Origin: a virus
Taxonomy: Duplodnaviria > Caudoviricetes
Direction: 5' to 3' (one strand)
Length of the DNA stretch: 57,402 nucleotides
IMG/VR virus record: IMGVR_UViG_3300033150_001005
Span: 1-57,402 of that record
Each line of letters opens with the position of its first letter. Positions within the stretch are counted from its first letter, which is position 1. Position numbers and translations under genes: made by a program. The notes under the pieces are model-generated. The model was not told the DNA's origin, did no database searches, and saw only the letters and a list, made by a program, of their open reading frames with translations. Of the stretch, positions 46,932 through 55,032 are shown one piece after another.

Positions 46932-47120
46932 TTGTTCGCTCCTCCCGGTTGGCGCTCTCAACCTATATGGCTCGCTCTTACCTCCTGGCACTCTCTGTTT
47001 CACTGGCTCGCTCGCGTGGCTTGGTGTTCTCTCGTCGTTTGGCTCGCTCCCCCTATTTGGTGCTCTCGGCAAGGTTGGCTCGCTCAGGTTTTTTGGTGCT
47101 CTCGCCGCCGCTGGCTTGAT
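46932..47120 (-). ncRNA. TIGR-like dual-repeat array (5 x 36-nt units)
   Basis: 11 repeats at exact 18-nt spacing (46932 to 47112); - strand alternates GAGCGAGCCA and GAGA(G/A)YRCCA with ten different 8-nt inserts. Confidence 0.85.
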
Positions 47121-47128
47121 GCTTTCGC

Positions 47129-47162
47129 AAAAAGCGGGGAGCAGCGCCGCCACCGCTCCCCG
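47129..47162 (-). terminator. GC hairpin plus U-tract just upstream of the array
   Basis: cggggagcggtg-gcgg-cgctgctccccg-cttttt on the - strand. Confidence 0.6.
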
Positions 47163-47186
47163 GATCGCAGGAGGGAGGAAAAGGCA

Positions 47187-47399
47187 TCATGACCGGTCCT
47201 CCAGCCACTTAGCGGCCAGCGCAAAGGCCGCCGCCCGATCCCGCTCGATCTTCTGGCGCTCCGCCCATCGACGCAGCCGCCGCCGCTCGTCGGGTGAAAG
47301 CGGCTCGCCCTCATCATCGGCACCGGGCAGGAAATCGTCACCCTCCGGCAAGCGCTCCTCGTCTTGCAAGCGGAACAGGTGCTCTAGCGATTCGTGCAT
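47187..47399 (-). CDS. Hypothetical protein
   Basis: TGATG coupling. Confidence 0.55.
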   Translation of the reverse strand: MHESLEHLFRLQDEERLPEGDDFLPGADDEGEPLSPDERRRLRRWAERQKIERDRAAAFALAAKWLEDRS

Positions 47400-47680
47400 C
47401 AGACGGGAACCCCCTTCTGCCGCAAGCGCTCCGCCATGTCGCTGTCACGCCACGCCCTGAATGCTGCCACCTCTTCAGGGAAGCCGCGTGCCAATCGCTC
47501 CAGGTTCTCCGGATCGGCCAGGCGGATTGCCTCAAACAAAGCCGCCTTGAAGTCCCCAAGCATCCGGAACTGCCACATGATGATCAACGTCTCGCGCTTG
47601 CCGAATTCATGGCGCCGCAATGCCTCGTGCAAGCGCTCCCACGTGAAGGTGGATGCTAAGGGATCAACTGCCGTAGCCAT
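47399..47680 (-). CDS. Hypothetical protein
   Basis: G.F..AL..AI..AD..N..RL..GFPE pattern. Confidence 0.65.
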   Translation of the reverse strand: MATAVDPLASTFTWERLHEALRRHEFGKRETLIIMWQFRMLGDFKAALFEAIRLADPENLERLARGFPEEVAAFRAWRDSDMAERLRQKGVPV

Positions 47681-47855
47681 CGCTCTTCGCCTCCATTCTC
47701 TTCCGGAGCCGCTGCTCCGTCTGTGCCATCAGCTCCTTAATCTCCTTCACTGTGCGCAGGGAGCAGTCGACCTCCACATGGCGGCCATGCTCGTAGCCAG
47801 CCCAAAATCCCGTGGCGCCAACGAGCAGAAAGAGCGCTAATTCTATGAGCATCAT
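47664..47855 (-). CDS. Small membrane-anchored protein
   Basis: ALFLLVGATGFWAGY transmembrane segment. Confidence 0.5.
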   Translation of the reverse strand: MMLIELALFLLVGATGFWAGYEHGRHVEVDCSLRTVKEIKELMAQTEQRLRKRMEAKSDGYGS

Positions 47856-48021
47856 CTCAACCACCCCACCGCCGCGACGATAGTCATGACCATCAGCGCA
47901 CCGTAGGTCCACTTCCAGCGGCGGTACCACCGTGTGCCCCATTGTCGCCAGATCTCAGCGTTCTCTTGCTGTACTCTGAGGGCGTGGAGAAGGCTGGCAA
48001 AACGCTGGGACTGTGTCTCGG

Positions 48022-48231
48022 TCATCGGATAAAGAGCCTCCGGAGGGACGCTTTCGGATAGTTGCCGAGGGCGTCGTAGTGCCCCAAGTCGGGGCGGCGT
48101 GACTTTCGGAAAGGCACAGGGTCCGGCCCGAGATCCCGCATCCGCTCGTGGATGCGATCAAGCCGAAGCTCGCCTACGGGTCTCGGTGCAACCGGGTTGC
48201 TGCACCATGGCGTCAGGCTAACGATTCTCAT
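48022..48231 (-). CDS. Hypothetical protein
   Basis: ATGA coupling, GAGG SD. Confidence 0.45.
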   Translation of the reverse strand: MRIVSLTPWCSNPVAPRPVGELRLDRIHERMRDLGPDPVPFRKSRRPDLGHYDALGNYPKASLRRLFIR

Positions 48232-48557
48232 GCAGCCTCCTCTTCAAGATCCCGCCGCGTGGCATTCACGTGCGAGATGGTGTTCATGATGCCATTGCGC
48301 CACCGGCTGTTCTCGACGAGCAGTCGGCGGAAGAATTGATTGACAACAACCTCCACCACGAGCACGGGAACACCAACGGTGTCCGACACTTCCTGCGGAA
48401 TGTGCTTCTGGACGGTTCCCTGATGGAGCAGTCTTGCGGCGTGCCCCTCGATGAGATCGTGGAGGGGGCGAGAAATCCTTGCAGAATCATAGATTTGCGC
48501 CCGCCCGGCTGGCTTTCTCGGGGCTTTCGGGGCATGATTGGAGCTATGATTGCTCAT
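48228..48557 (-). CDS. Hypothetical protein (CII position)
   Basis: Follows the Cro-position gene. Confidence 0.5.
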   Translation of the reverse strand: MSNHSSNHAPKAPRKPAGRAQIYDSARISRPLHDLIEGHAARLLHQGTVQKHIPQEVSDTVGVPVLVVEVVVNQFFRRLLVENSRWRNGIMNTISHVNATRRDLEEEAA

Positions 48558-48745
48558 GACTTTTTGATCCTCGCATCAGCATCCAGCTTTGCCGCGATCG
48601 CCTCGGCGACGTAGCGGCGCAATTCAATCCCCCGGAGCGCAGCCGCGGCCTTTGCTCTGCGGTGAAGATCCTCGGGGATATCAATGCTGATGCGCTTGAG
48701 CTTTGATAGCTCTGAGATCTGTGATATGCTGCCTGCGTGTGGCAT
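48554..48745 (-). CDS. Ribbon-helix-helix regulator (Cro position)
   Basis: KRISIDIPEDLHRRAKAAAALRG. Confidence 0.8.
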   Translation of the reverse strand: MPHAGSISQISELSKLKRISIDIPEDLHRRAKAAAALRGIELRRYVAEAIAAKLDADARIKKS

Positions 48746-48752
48746 CAATTAC

Positions 48753-48781
48753 AGTCTAGTCCAAATGTCCAAATGTGTCAA
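48753..48781 (-). promoter_or_regulatory. Early promoter with an operator-like tandem repeat, leaderless
   Basis: TTGACA-catttggacatttggac(17)-TAGACT, 7 nt before ATG. Confidence 0.8.
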
Positions 48782-48806
48782 GGTGTATTTTCACAAAAGG
48801 GCATGA

Positions 48807-49157
48807 GTGAACACGATGGTGTGGGATAAGTACATCAAGATCGGCGTCACCGAGGACGAACACAAGCAGATCAAAACCAAGCTCGGTGCCGCGGGACTCT
48901 CGTTTCAAGATGTGGGCTATCGCCTTTGGATTGATTGGCTTAAGCGGGGTATGGAGCGTGCGGGACCTGATCCGCCGCAGCCGAATCGCTCCCGTTATCT
49001 GCCGGAGAACGAGGAGTTCCATGATCTGTTGGAGAAGATCTTGGTAGGGGGCAAGCCCGGGGAGCGTGCAGGACTCCTGCTGCTGCTCCGAAACACGGCC
49101 GGCGACTCCCGGCCGTCGCCCCGGGCTTCTAGGAAACACCACGTCTCTGGAGGGTAA
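48807..49157 (+). CDS. Probable repressor with an RHH-like N-terminus (CI position)
   Basis: KYIKIGVTEDEHKQIKTKLG..GLSFQ; divergent from the RHH gene. Confidence 0.6.
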   Translation: MNTMVWDKYIKIGVTEDEHKQIKTKLGAAGLSFQDVGYRLWIDWLKRGMERAGPDPPQPNRSRYLPENEEFHDLLEKILVGGKPGERAGLLLLLRNTAGDSRPSPRASRKHHVSGG

Positions 49158-49196
49158 CGGATCGGAACGGGGAACGAGATTATTGGAGGTGATGCC

Positions 49197-49616
49197 ATGA
49201 GGGTAGCAATGTCTGTTTTGCTCGGGCTGGTGCTCGCCGACGCGTGCTGGGGCGGATCGTTTGACGTGCAGCTTCTAACCCGGAGCGGCGAGAAGACCAA
49301 GCAGGTCAAGACGCGATTAGTTATTGCAGACGACGGGGTGCGGATCGAGACGCGCAAGGGCGCTGAGCTAATGGGATTTCGGTTCGACGAGATCAAGCGG
49401 ATTTCCTACGAGCGATCAACGCACCCGCGTTGGAAGACGGCGGTCTTCCTCTCGCCATTTGCGCTGCTCAGCAAGAGCAAGCACCACTGGTTGAACATCC
49501 AGTCGGCCGGCGGGCAGTCGGCAATCCTGCGGCTGAGGAAGCACGACTACCAGATCATCAGGAATCAACTAGAGGCGAAGTGGGGACATGAGATAACAGT
49601 GCTGACGCCGGAATAG
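49197..49616 (+). CDS. Exported protein (PH-like beta pattern); possible lysogenic/exclusion factor
   Basis: Signal peptide; GGAGGT SD; co-oriented with the repressor. Confidence 0.6.
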   Translation: MRVAMSVLLGLVLADACWGGSFDVQLLTRSGEKTKQVKTRLVIADDGVRIETRKGAELMGFRFDEIKRISYERSTHPRWKTAVFLSPFALLSKSKHHWLNIQSAGGQSAILRLRKHDYQIIRNQLEAKWGHEITVLTPE

Positions 49617-49626
49617 GTCCTGAGCG

Positions 49627-49848
49627 CTAAGGCGGCAACTGGCGGTAATACCGGGTGACAAGGCGATCAACACGCTTCCAGGCCTGCCGCGTCGCCTGCC
49701 ACGCCGGGATCTCACGTGCATCCAGCACGCCACGGCGGCGGGCCCCCACCCAAAGTTCAACCCAATGATTCCAGCATCGCGGAAATTCCTCGCCGGGATC
49801 GGGCGCAGCTTTCCCGACCAACATCAATAGCAAGAACCTCCGCGTCAT
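49627..49848 (-). CDS. Hypothetical protein
   Basis: ORF at operon end. Confidence 0.45.
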   Translation of the reverse strand: MTRRFLLLMLVGKAAPDPGEEFPRCWNHWVELWVGARRRGVLDAREIPAWQATRQAWKRVDRLVTRYYRQLPP

Positions 49849-49872
49849 ACTGCATCCCGATCCGCGCCGTGC

Positions 49873-50250
49873 TCATGCAGCAAACCCGTCCGGCTGATCC
49901 ACGGCGTCCTCGACGGCGAATTCCGCAAGGCGTGCGGAATCCTGCGGCCATTCAAACACTGGAATGCTGCGCTTTTTGGCGGCGTAGTGCTCGACAGTAG
50001 CACCCGGAGATTTCTGCCAGCCGGGCAGCATCACCACCAGATCGCAGCGCGCAAGGATCTGCTCATCGCCTTGCAGGAAGGTAGAGTCAGGCACCACGCC
50101 GCCCATGAAGGCAGTGTTGCAATGCGGACAGATCACCGCGTAGCCCATCTGCCAGAGTTGTACGGCAACCTGCCGGGCGTGCCAGATGTTCTCCGCCACG
50201 TCAGACTCCGAGGCGCCGCGATACAGCCCCGACACGTAGGCTATCTTCAT
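49873..50250 (-). CDS. Nucleoside 2-deoxyribosyltransferase-like protein (DUF4406/DUF1937-like)
   Basis: YVSG.Y, CPH, CD....LPGW.KS.GA..E. Confidence 0.8.
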   Translation of the reverse strand: MKIAYVSGLYRGASESDVAENIWHARQVAVQLWQMGYAVICPHCNTAFMGGVVPDSTFLQGDEQILARCDLVVMLPGWQKSPGATVEHYAAKKRSIPVFEWPQDSARLAEFAVEDAVDQPDGFAA

Positions 50251-50537
50251 TGTTCCCTCGGAAGCGATAGCTTCGCGCCGCAGCGGCAGATGAATTCTCG
50301 TCGCTCATCGTCGTGGGCCGTTACCTCAAACCAGTCGTGCTCATGCTTCAGTTTCGGGTCGCCAACGATCTCGATATCACTTCCGCCCTTTGCCAGGTAA
50401 ACAACGAACTGCCCCTCATAAGCCACGCTAAGGTCAAAGACGACTCGTTCTATCGGGAGTTGCAAATCACGCCCGGTCTCCGCATCAACGAGCGTCGTGC
50501 CGGACGGACTACCATCACTGACTAGTTTCAATCGCAT
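50247..50537 (-). CDS. Hypothetical protein with a C-terminal Zn motif
   Basis: H.H.W...CRCG. Confidence 0.55.
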   Translation of the reverse strand: MRLKLVSDGSPSGTTLVDAETGRDLQLPIERVVFDLSVAYEGQFVVYLAKGGSDIEIVGDPKLKHEHDWFEVTAHDDERREFICRCGAKLSLPREQ

Positions 50538-50565
50538 TGTGGATATGGTTTCCTTTCTGGCGACG

Positions 50566-50910
50566 TTACAATAATTCCTTCAATCTCTCCGCTCGCCGCC
50601 ATAGCCGGAAGGAATCAGCAAGCAGAGCAGTCAGCTCTGCGCGGGCAGCATCGTTCATGGCGCGGCTGAATAGAATGGCGCCCCAACCGGGAATGTCCGC
50701 AATCTCCTCCATGATTTCATCGAGAAGTTCCGCCGGTGGCCGGTCGAACGACCGATCACCATAGTCCCGCGCGCCCTTGCGCAACCTGTCCTTGATGGTC
50801 CGTTGGAAGCGCCAGAACTGCGCCTGCCCCCCGTTCCCATCGACGCCGGAAGCGCGATAGAGGCCCCAGGCAAACTCGTCGTATTGGCGCATCAATGATC
50901 TGCTGTTCAT
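50566..50910 (-). CDS. Putative all-alpha NTP pyrophosphatase-like protein
   Basis: KG..DYG and EIMEEIAD motifs. Confidence 0.45.
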   Translation of the reverse strand: MNSRSLMRQYDEFAWGLYRASGVDGNGGQAQFWRFQRTIKDRLRKGARDYGDRSFDRPPAELLDEIMEEIADIPGWGAILFSRAMNDAARAELTALLADSFRLWRRAERLKELL

Positions 50911-51365
50911 CGGAGAATCACTGTGTCTGTCACCGGTCCGGACGCCCAAAACCGGCAGCGGGTCTGGAGCTTACCGCCCGGAAGTCTGGTGATACTCATG
51001 ATGCCCTGGATGTAGGCCCGCTCGAAGCGCTCTAGGTCGATCTGAGACGGAGCGCAGTCAGTCACCGGGCCCTTCCCTTTGTAGCAGTGGGAGTGCAGAT
51101 CGCCGACGACCTCCAGCCCCTGCCAGTTGGCTGTCAGGCGAGCTGCAACCCAGGCGCCCTCGGTGACGCGTACAAACTCCGGCGTCGATTCGATCTCGGA
51201 TTGCGTTGGGAAGTACAGATCCTCGATTGTTATCTGTCGGCCATCGCGGCTCCCGAGCAGGATGGCGTATGCTTCGCGCGGGAATGCACGCTTGGCGCGG
51301 CGGCGGAAACGGGAGACAAGATGCGCGGGGATTGCGACAGTGAGTCGCTGACGCTTGGGGATCAT
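50907..51365 (-). CDS. JAB/MPN (JAMM) metalloprotease
   Basis: P.E...LLG, VG..HSH, PS..D. Confidence 0.85.
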   Translation of the reverse strand: MIPKRQRLTVAIPAHLVSRFRRRAKRAFPREAYAILLGSRDGRQITIEDLYFPTQSEIESTPEFVRVTEGAWVAARLTANWQGLEVVGDLHSHCYKGKGPVTDCAPSQIDLERFERAYIQGIMSITRLPGGKLQTRCRFWASGPVTDTVILR

Positions 51366-51610
51366 TTCGGTGGCAGGATCTTGAAGGCGACCGTTCGGCG
51401 GAAGGTGCCACTGAGCGTTTCGATCACTTTCGGTGCACGTTGGAGCCGGTTCTCCCGTTGGGCCACATGCAGCAAATCGCGTACCTTTGCCACCCCGATG
51501 CCGAGACGGTCGGCTATCTCCCGAGTGGTCATTGCATCGGGATCGCCACGTTGTAGCCGCTCTAACTCGGTGAGATATTCGGCAATGGTAATGCTCGGTG
51601 GGCGCTTCAT
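51362..51610 (-). CDS. Small HTH protein
   Basis: MTTREIADRLGIGVAKVRDLL. Confidence 0.65.
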   Translation of the reverse strand: MKRPPSITIAEYLTELERLQRGDPDAMTTREIADRLGIGVAKVRDLLHVAQRENRLQRAPKVIETLSGTFRRTVAFKILPPK

Positions 51611-52443
51611 TCGGCTCGGCTCCTCGTCAGGGGATAGATCTTTTCCCGCACGTAGATTTCTCCGCGCGCGACACGCACCAAAAGGGCACCAATTTGTGGA
51701 AGGCTTTGACGGCCACCGGGAACCTTCCAGGCAAACGGGGTTTTCAGTTGCCAGCCGGGCGTGACTGCGGCGATCGCCGCGCCATCGGCGGTAGGAATTC
51801 GGGTCTCGGTGAATCGGTGGCGGTGGGACCGGATGACGGCATTTGGCGGGTGCTGGCGCCAACGGGCGGCCTCGGCAAATGCTTCGACAAGTTCCTTGTG
51901 CACCGCGGTTGCCTCATAGGCTTGTGATCCTGTAACGCCGATGTGGTGGAGGAAGTGAACGAGCTTCTTCCGTCCGGCTAGCCACTTCCATAGCTCCCAC
52001 CGGGCGTACCGGCCGTCCTCGTCCGGGATCGCACCGAGGCGCTCTGCTAACTGCTCTTCCGCCTCGGCGCTCGGCCCTACATGCGCCTCTGTTCCGCGGA
52101 TCATGTAGAGCGGGTGACCCTCCACCACCGGAGCAAGCGCTTCGTAGGCTACTCGGGCCTGGTCTGCAAGGTTGCCCGCGAACTGAGTGACTGCGCCATG
52201 GTGACGCCCGTCCAACGTGTCACCGTTGACGACGATAGCGTAGGGTTCGCCGCGCGTCGCCTCGGGCACCCATTGCCGCCACAAGTCTTCCCAGCAGCGC
52301 CAGACCTTCCGCTGAAGCCGCGAGGGCGAATAAGAACCGCCTTCGTCAAGCCGGATGCGCTTTGGCGGACATAGCCCCAACTGGCAGCCGCAATGCGTAT
52401 CCGAGATGACGACGAGGTTGCAGAGGGCTATTTGAGTAGCCAT
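51607..52443 (-). CDS. Calcineurin-like metallophosphoesterase
   Basis: SDTHCG, NGD..DG, GT..H, RSH.H. Confidence 0.85.
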   Translation of the reverse strand: MATQIALCNLVVISDTHCGCQLGLCPPKRIRLDEGGSYSPSRLQRKVWRCWEDLWRQWVPEATRGEPYAIVVNGDTLDGRHHGAVTQFAGNLADQARVAYEALAPVVEGHPLYMIRGTEAHVGPSAEAEEQLAERLGAIPDEDGRYARWELWKWLAGRKKLVHFLHHIGVTGSQAYEATAVHKELVEAFAEAARWRQHPPNAVIRSHRHRFTETRIPTADGAAIAAVTPGWQLKTPFAWKVPGGRQSLPQIGALLVRVARGEIYVREKIYPLTRSRAE

Positions 52444-52727
52444 GCCCTCAATTGCCCGCCAACGCCGCCCATGACTGCGGCGACGGCCGCGATGAGACCC
52501 ACGGCGATCCAGCGGGAGCGCTCCAGGACGTTCAAGCGTGGTGCCGTGGCCCGCTCTTCCTGGCGTGCTTCCATCGCCGTAATTTTCGCGCTGAGATCCG
52601 CGGTCTTCGCCTCTAAGATCTGGACGCGCCCCGGCTGCCCGTCACCCAACAACTCGCGGTCTAGCCGCTCAAGAACGGTGCTCATGCGCACCAAGTCCTC
52701 GTGAAGCTGTTCGAGCGTGATCGGCAT
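52428..52727 (-). CDS. Coiled-coil protein with a C-terminal membrane anchor (lysis region)
   Basis: WIAVGLIAAVAAVMG transmembrane segment. Confidence 0.6.
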   Translation of the reverse strand: MPITLEQLHEDLVRMSTVLERLDRELLGDGQPGRVQILEAKTADLSAKITAMEARQEERATAPRLNVLERSRWIAVGLIAAVAAVMGGVGGQLRAWLLK

Positions 52728-52897
52728 TATTTCCCCCGCTCGATATGCTTTGCCGTGATGCCGAGGCCCGCCAGGCCGCCCGCGAGTACGAACTTTGCGA
52801 TGTCAACCGCAAGCGGCGGGAAATAATCCGGCGCGAAGGCAACGAATGCGGCAAGCGCTGAGATGATGCCAAATACGGTGGTCTTCCAGTCTCTCAC
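52727..52897 (-). CDS. Putative holin (56 aa, 2 TM; not in the ORF track)
   Basis: MRDWKTTVFGIISALAAFVAF...FVLAGGLAGLGITAK. Confidence 0.7.
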   Translation of the reverse strand: MRDWKTTVFGIISALAAFVAFAPDYFPPLAVDIAKFVLAGGLAGLGITAKHIERGK

Positions 52898-52898
52898 C

Positions 52899-53318
52899 TT
52901 AGCCCTCCGGTAACACCACCGGTTCCAGGTCCTTTAGGAGCCGATAGGCAATGTCAATAGCGGCATAGAGCGTGGCATCGTCAATGGTGCGCAGTTCCGG
53001 GAACTGCTTCCGCGCAAGCGCGACGGCAGACGCCTTGAGCGCCGCCTTCTTCTGCTCGTCGCTCATCCCGGTAAAGGTTTTGATGCCTGCCCCCGCGGCC
53101 TGGACGAGCGCCACGATTTGATCATCGGTGCGATTCGGCGTCAGAGTTGCCACTAATTGCACCACCGGCAGCACCTTTTCAGCAATCTCAGCGAGTTGCT
53201 GTGCGGTTTCGGAAACACGGTCCATTGCATCATCAGAGACGATGAAGCGATAAGCCCGTTTGAAGGCACGTGCGAGCGCGCGCCCGAACTTCTTGAAGAA
53301 TGCTTTAACTCGATTCAT
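52899..53318 (-). CDS. Hypothetical lysis-region protein
   Basis: GAGGT SD; LTP...DD motif. Confidence 0.55.
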   Translation of the reverse strand: MNRVKAFFKKFGRALARAFKRAYRFIVSDDAMDRVSETAQQLAEIAEKVLPVVQLVATLTPNRTDDQIVALVQAAGAGIKTFTGMSDEQKKAALKASAVALARKQFPELRTIDDATLYAAIDIAYRLLKDLEPVVLPEG

Positions 53319-53325
53319 GTTCACC

Positions 53326-54084
53326 TCATTTGGCCGGCGCAACCTCCGCCGGCTTGGAAACCATGGAACTGATTCCGATACGCCCGAGGACGAAGGGCGT
53401 GCTGATCTGTGCCGCTGGGACTGCAATTGCCAGGGGGACCTGTAGCCAGCGCGGTAGCGGCCGGAATGACTTTGACAGATTGCGCATGAATGCCGCGCTC
53501 TCGTTCGTGGTCCGCTCAGAATTCTCGGCAATGCGGCGCATGGAGGCTGATAGTTGCGGCGCTGTCTTTGCCAGCTCGCCGGCGGCGGCCTTGACGCTGC
53601 CTGTCAGTGCCAGCATCTGAGACTGAAGACAAGCGGGGTAGTGCTTGCAGTCCCACAGCCATTTCGTGTTTTCGGCCACGGATGCCGGGATACCTTGATA
53701 AGTCCCCAGCAAGTCAACCGCCGCGGATGAGACCGGATGAATCTCCCGCTTCACGTCATCCTGCATTGCGGCAAGCCGGGCGTCCATGCGCCATTGAAAC
53801 TCATCCAGTTGCCCCACAAGATCCTTGCGCGTCGCCGCGATCTCCTGCCGTGCCGCCTGGCGGGCCAAGTCCATTTGCTGTGCCAGATCCGCGCGGGCTT
53901 GATCGAGTTGCCCCGACAGCATTGAACGCATTGCGCTCATCTCGATCGCCACGCGGCGGTCTAGAACGTCTGGCAATTGGTTGATGGTCTTGCTGATCGA
54001 CCAGACAGCCCATGCCGACAGGCTCACAAGGATAGTCAGCGCTACAAGAAAAGCGCAGATCAAACTGTTGCGCAGCGTCGTCAT
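53326..54084 (-). CDS. Membrane-anchored coiled-coil protein (possible spanin-like)
   Basis: N-terminal TM, long helix; next to endolysin. Confidence 0.5.
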   Translation of the reverse strand: MTTLRNSLICAFLVALTILVSLSAWAVWSISKTINQLPDVLDRRVAIEMSAMRSMLSGQLDQARADLAQQMDLARQAARQEIAATRKDLVGQLDEFQWRMDARLAAMQDDVKREIHPVSSAAVDLLGTYQGIPASVAENTKWLWDCKHYPACLQSQMLALTGSVKAAAGELAKTAPQLSASMRRIAENSERTTNESAAFMRNLSKSFRPLPRWLQVPLAIAVPAAQISTPFVLGRIGISSMVSKPAEVAPAK

Positions 54085-54497
54085 AACCTGTAGAACTCGA
54101 ATGCCCCGAGGCGGACAGTCCTGTGGGCATCATCAGCCCATTGCGGCTCGTCCCCCTCTGGGCAGGATTCGTAGTGGTTGGCGCCGCCGGTTGGGTCCGG
54201 GCCAGGATCGCCTGCGATGTGATAGCACCGCAACCATTCCGCGTCCGTCGGGCGTGGAAACTTGGTGGAATTGGGATCGCGCCGATTGAATGCCGAGAAC
54301 TGCTTCGGCTGCAAGATCACACCCACAGCATCATTGGGCCAGCGCGGATCTTTGAGCCGGTTGCGGATCACATGGCACACGCCGCGTTGCGCTTCTGGCG
54401 GCTGCCCCCGTGCCTCGCGCCACAGACACAAGGCTGTCATAAATTGCTCAGTGGCCCGAATGGCTTGCATGTCGGCTGATTTGTGTTCTCGCGCCAT
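54081..54497 (-). CDS. Endolysin, SleB/Hydrolase_2 family
   Basis: W.EARG, V..VIRNR, QFS.FN, DPT.GA.HY, P.WA. Confidence 0.92.
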   Translation of the reverse strand: MAREHKSADMQAIRATEQFMTALCLWREARGQPPEAQRGVCHVIRNRLKDPRWPNDAVGVILQPKQFSAFNRRDPNSTKFPRPTDAEWLRCYHIAGDPGPDPTGGANHYESCPEGDEPQWADDAHRTVRLGAFEFYRL

Positions 54498-55032
54498 ACA
54501 AAGTCCTCAGTGCAATTAAATCACTTTGCAAAATAAAGTGCTCTCCGTAAGCGATGCTGTAATACATGATGGATCGCTCATCATCGCTATGCGCCAGTCC
54601 GAGAGCGTGCCCGATCTCATGCAGCAGGACCAGCCGGAGCAATCGCGGCTTCGCCACCCAGTCGCAAGTGGCGGAAATTGTGATCTCGCCCGCAGCGCTA
54701 TCTTCAGGGCATGGATAGTGAGCCTCGCCCAGCCTGCCGGGCGGCAGTCGCCCGAAGCGGATGACGATGCCGTCCTCGCCGGGCACGAACCGCAGCCCCG
54801 CTAGCCGCCCCCATGTCGCCAAAGCATACAACGCCTCGTTGCGCCAGCGGACGGGGACGCCCTCAACGTCGTAGGAGAGCGTCTGCCCCCAGCGCTTGCC
54901 CTTGTGCCAGCCGCACACAGTCGGCGTCAATTGAACGTCCCGCTGGCACGTGAATCCCTCCGCCGTGGCGGTAACCACATCCGTAACGGCTATATGGGCA
55001 CACAAAGCCACGGCAAGCACAAGGGTAAACAT
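54448..55032 (-). CDS. Matrixin-family zinc metalloprotease with a signal peptide
   Basis: HEIGHALGLAH plus Met-turn SIMY. Confidence 0.9.
   Translation of the reverse strand: MFTLVLAVALCAHIAVTDVVTATAEGFTCQRDVQLTPTVCGWHKGKRWGQTLSYDVEGVPVRWRNEALYALATWGRLAGLRFVPGEDGIVIRFGRLPPGRLGEAHYPCPEDSAAGEITISATCDWVAKPRLLRLVLLHEIGHALGLAHSDDERSIMYYSIAYGEHFILQSDLIALRTLYGARTQISRHASHSGH

Noticed and set aside
46932-47120. CRISPR array
   Set aside because: Repeats of 10 nt and inserts of 8 nt are far too short, two repeat types alternate, and there are no cas genes
46713-47153. 146-aa ORF with SEPxxxRAPxxx protein repeats
   Set aside because: The repeat is conserved at nucleotide level and recurs in non-coding DNA at 19.6 kb. 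A 36-nt unit keeps a frame open trivially, and a better start with an SD lies at 46931.
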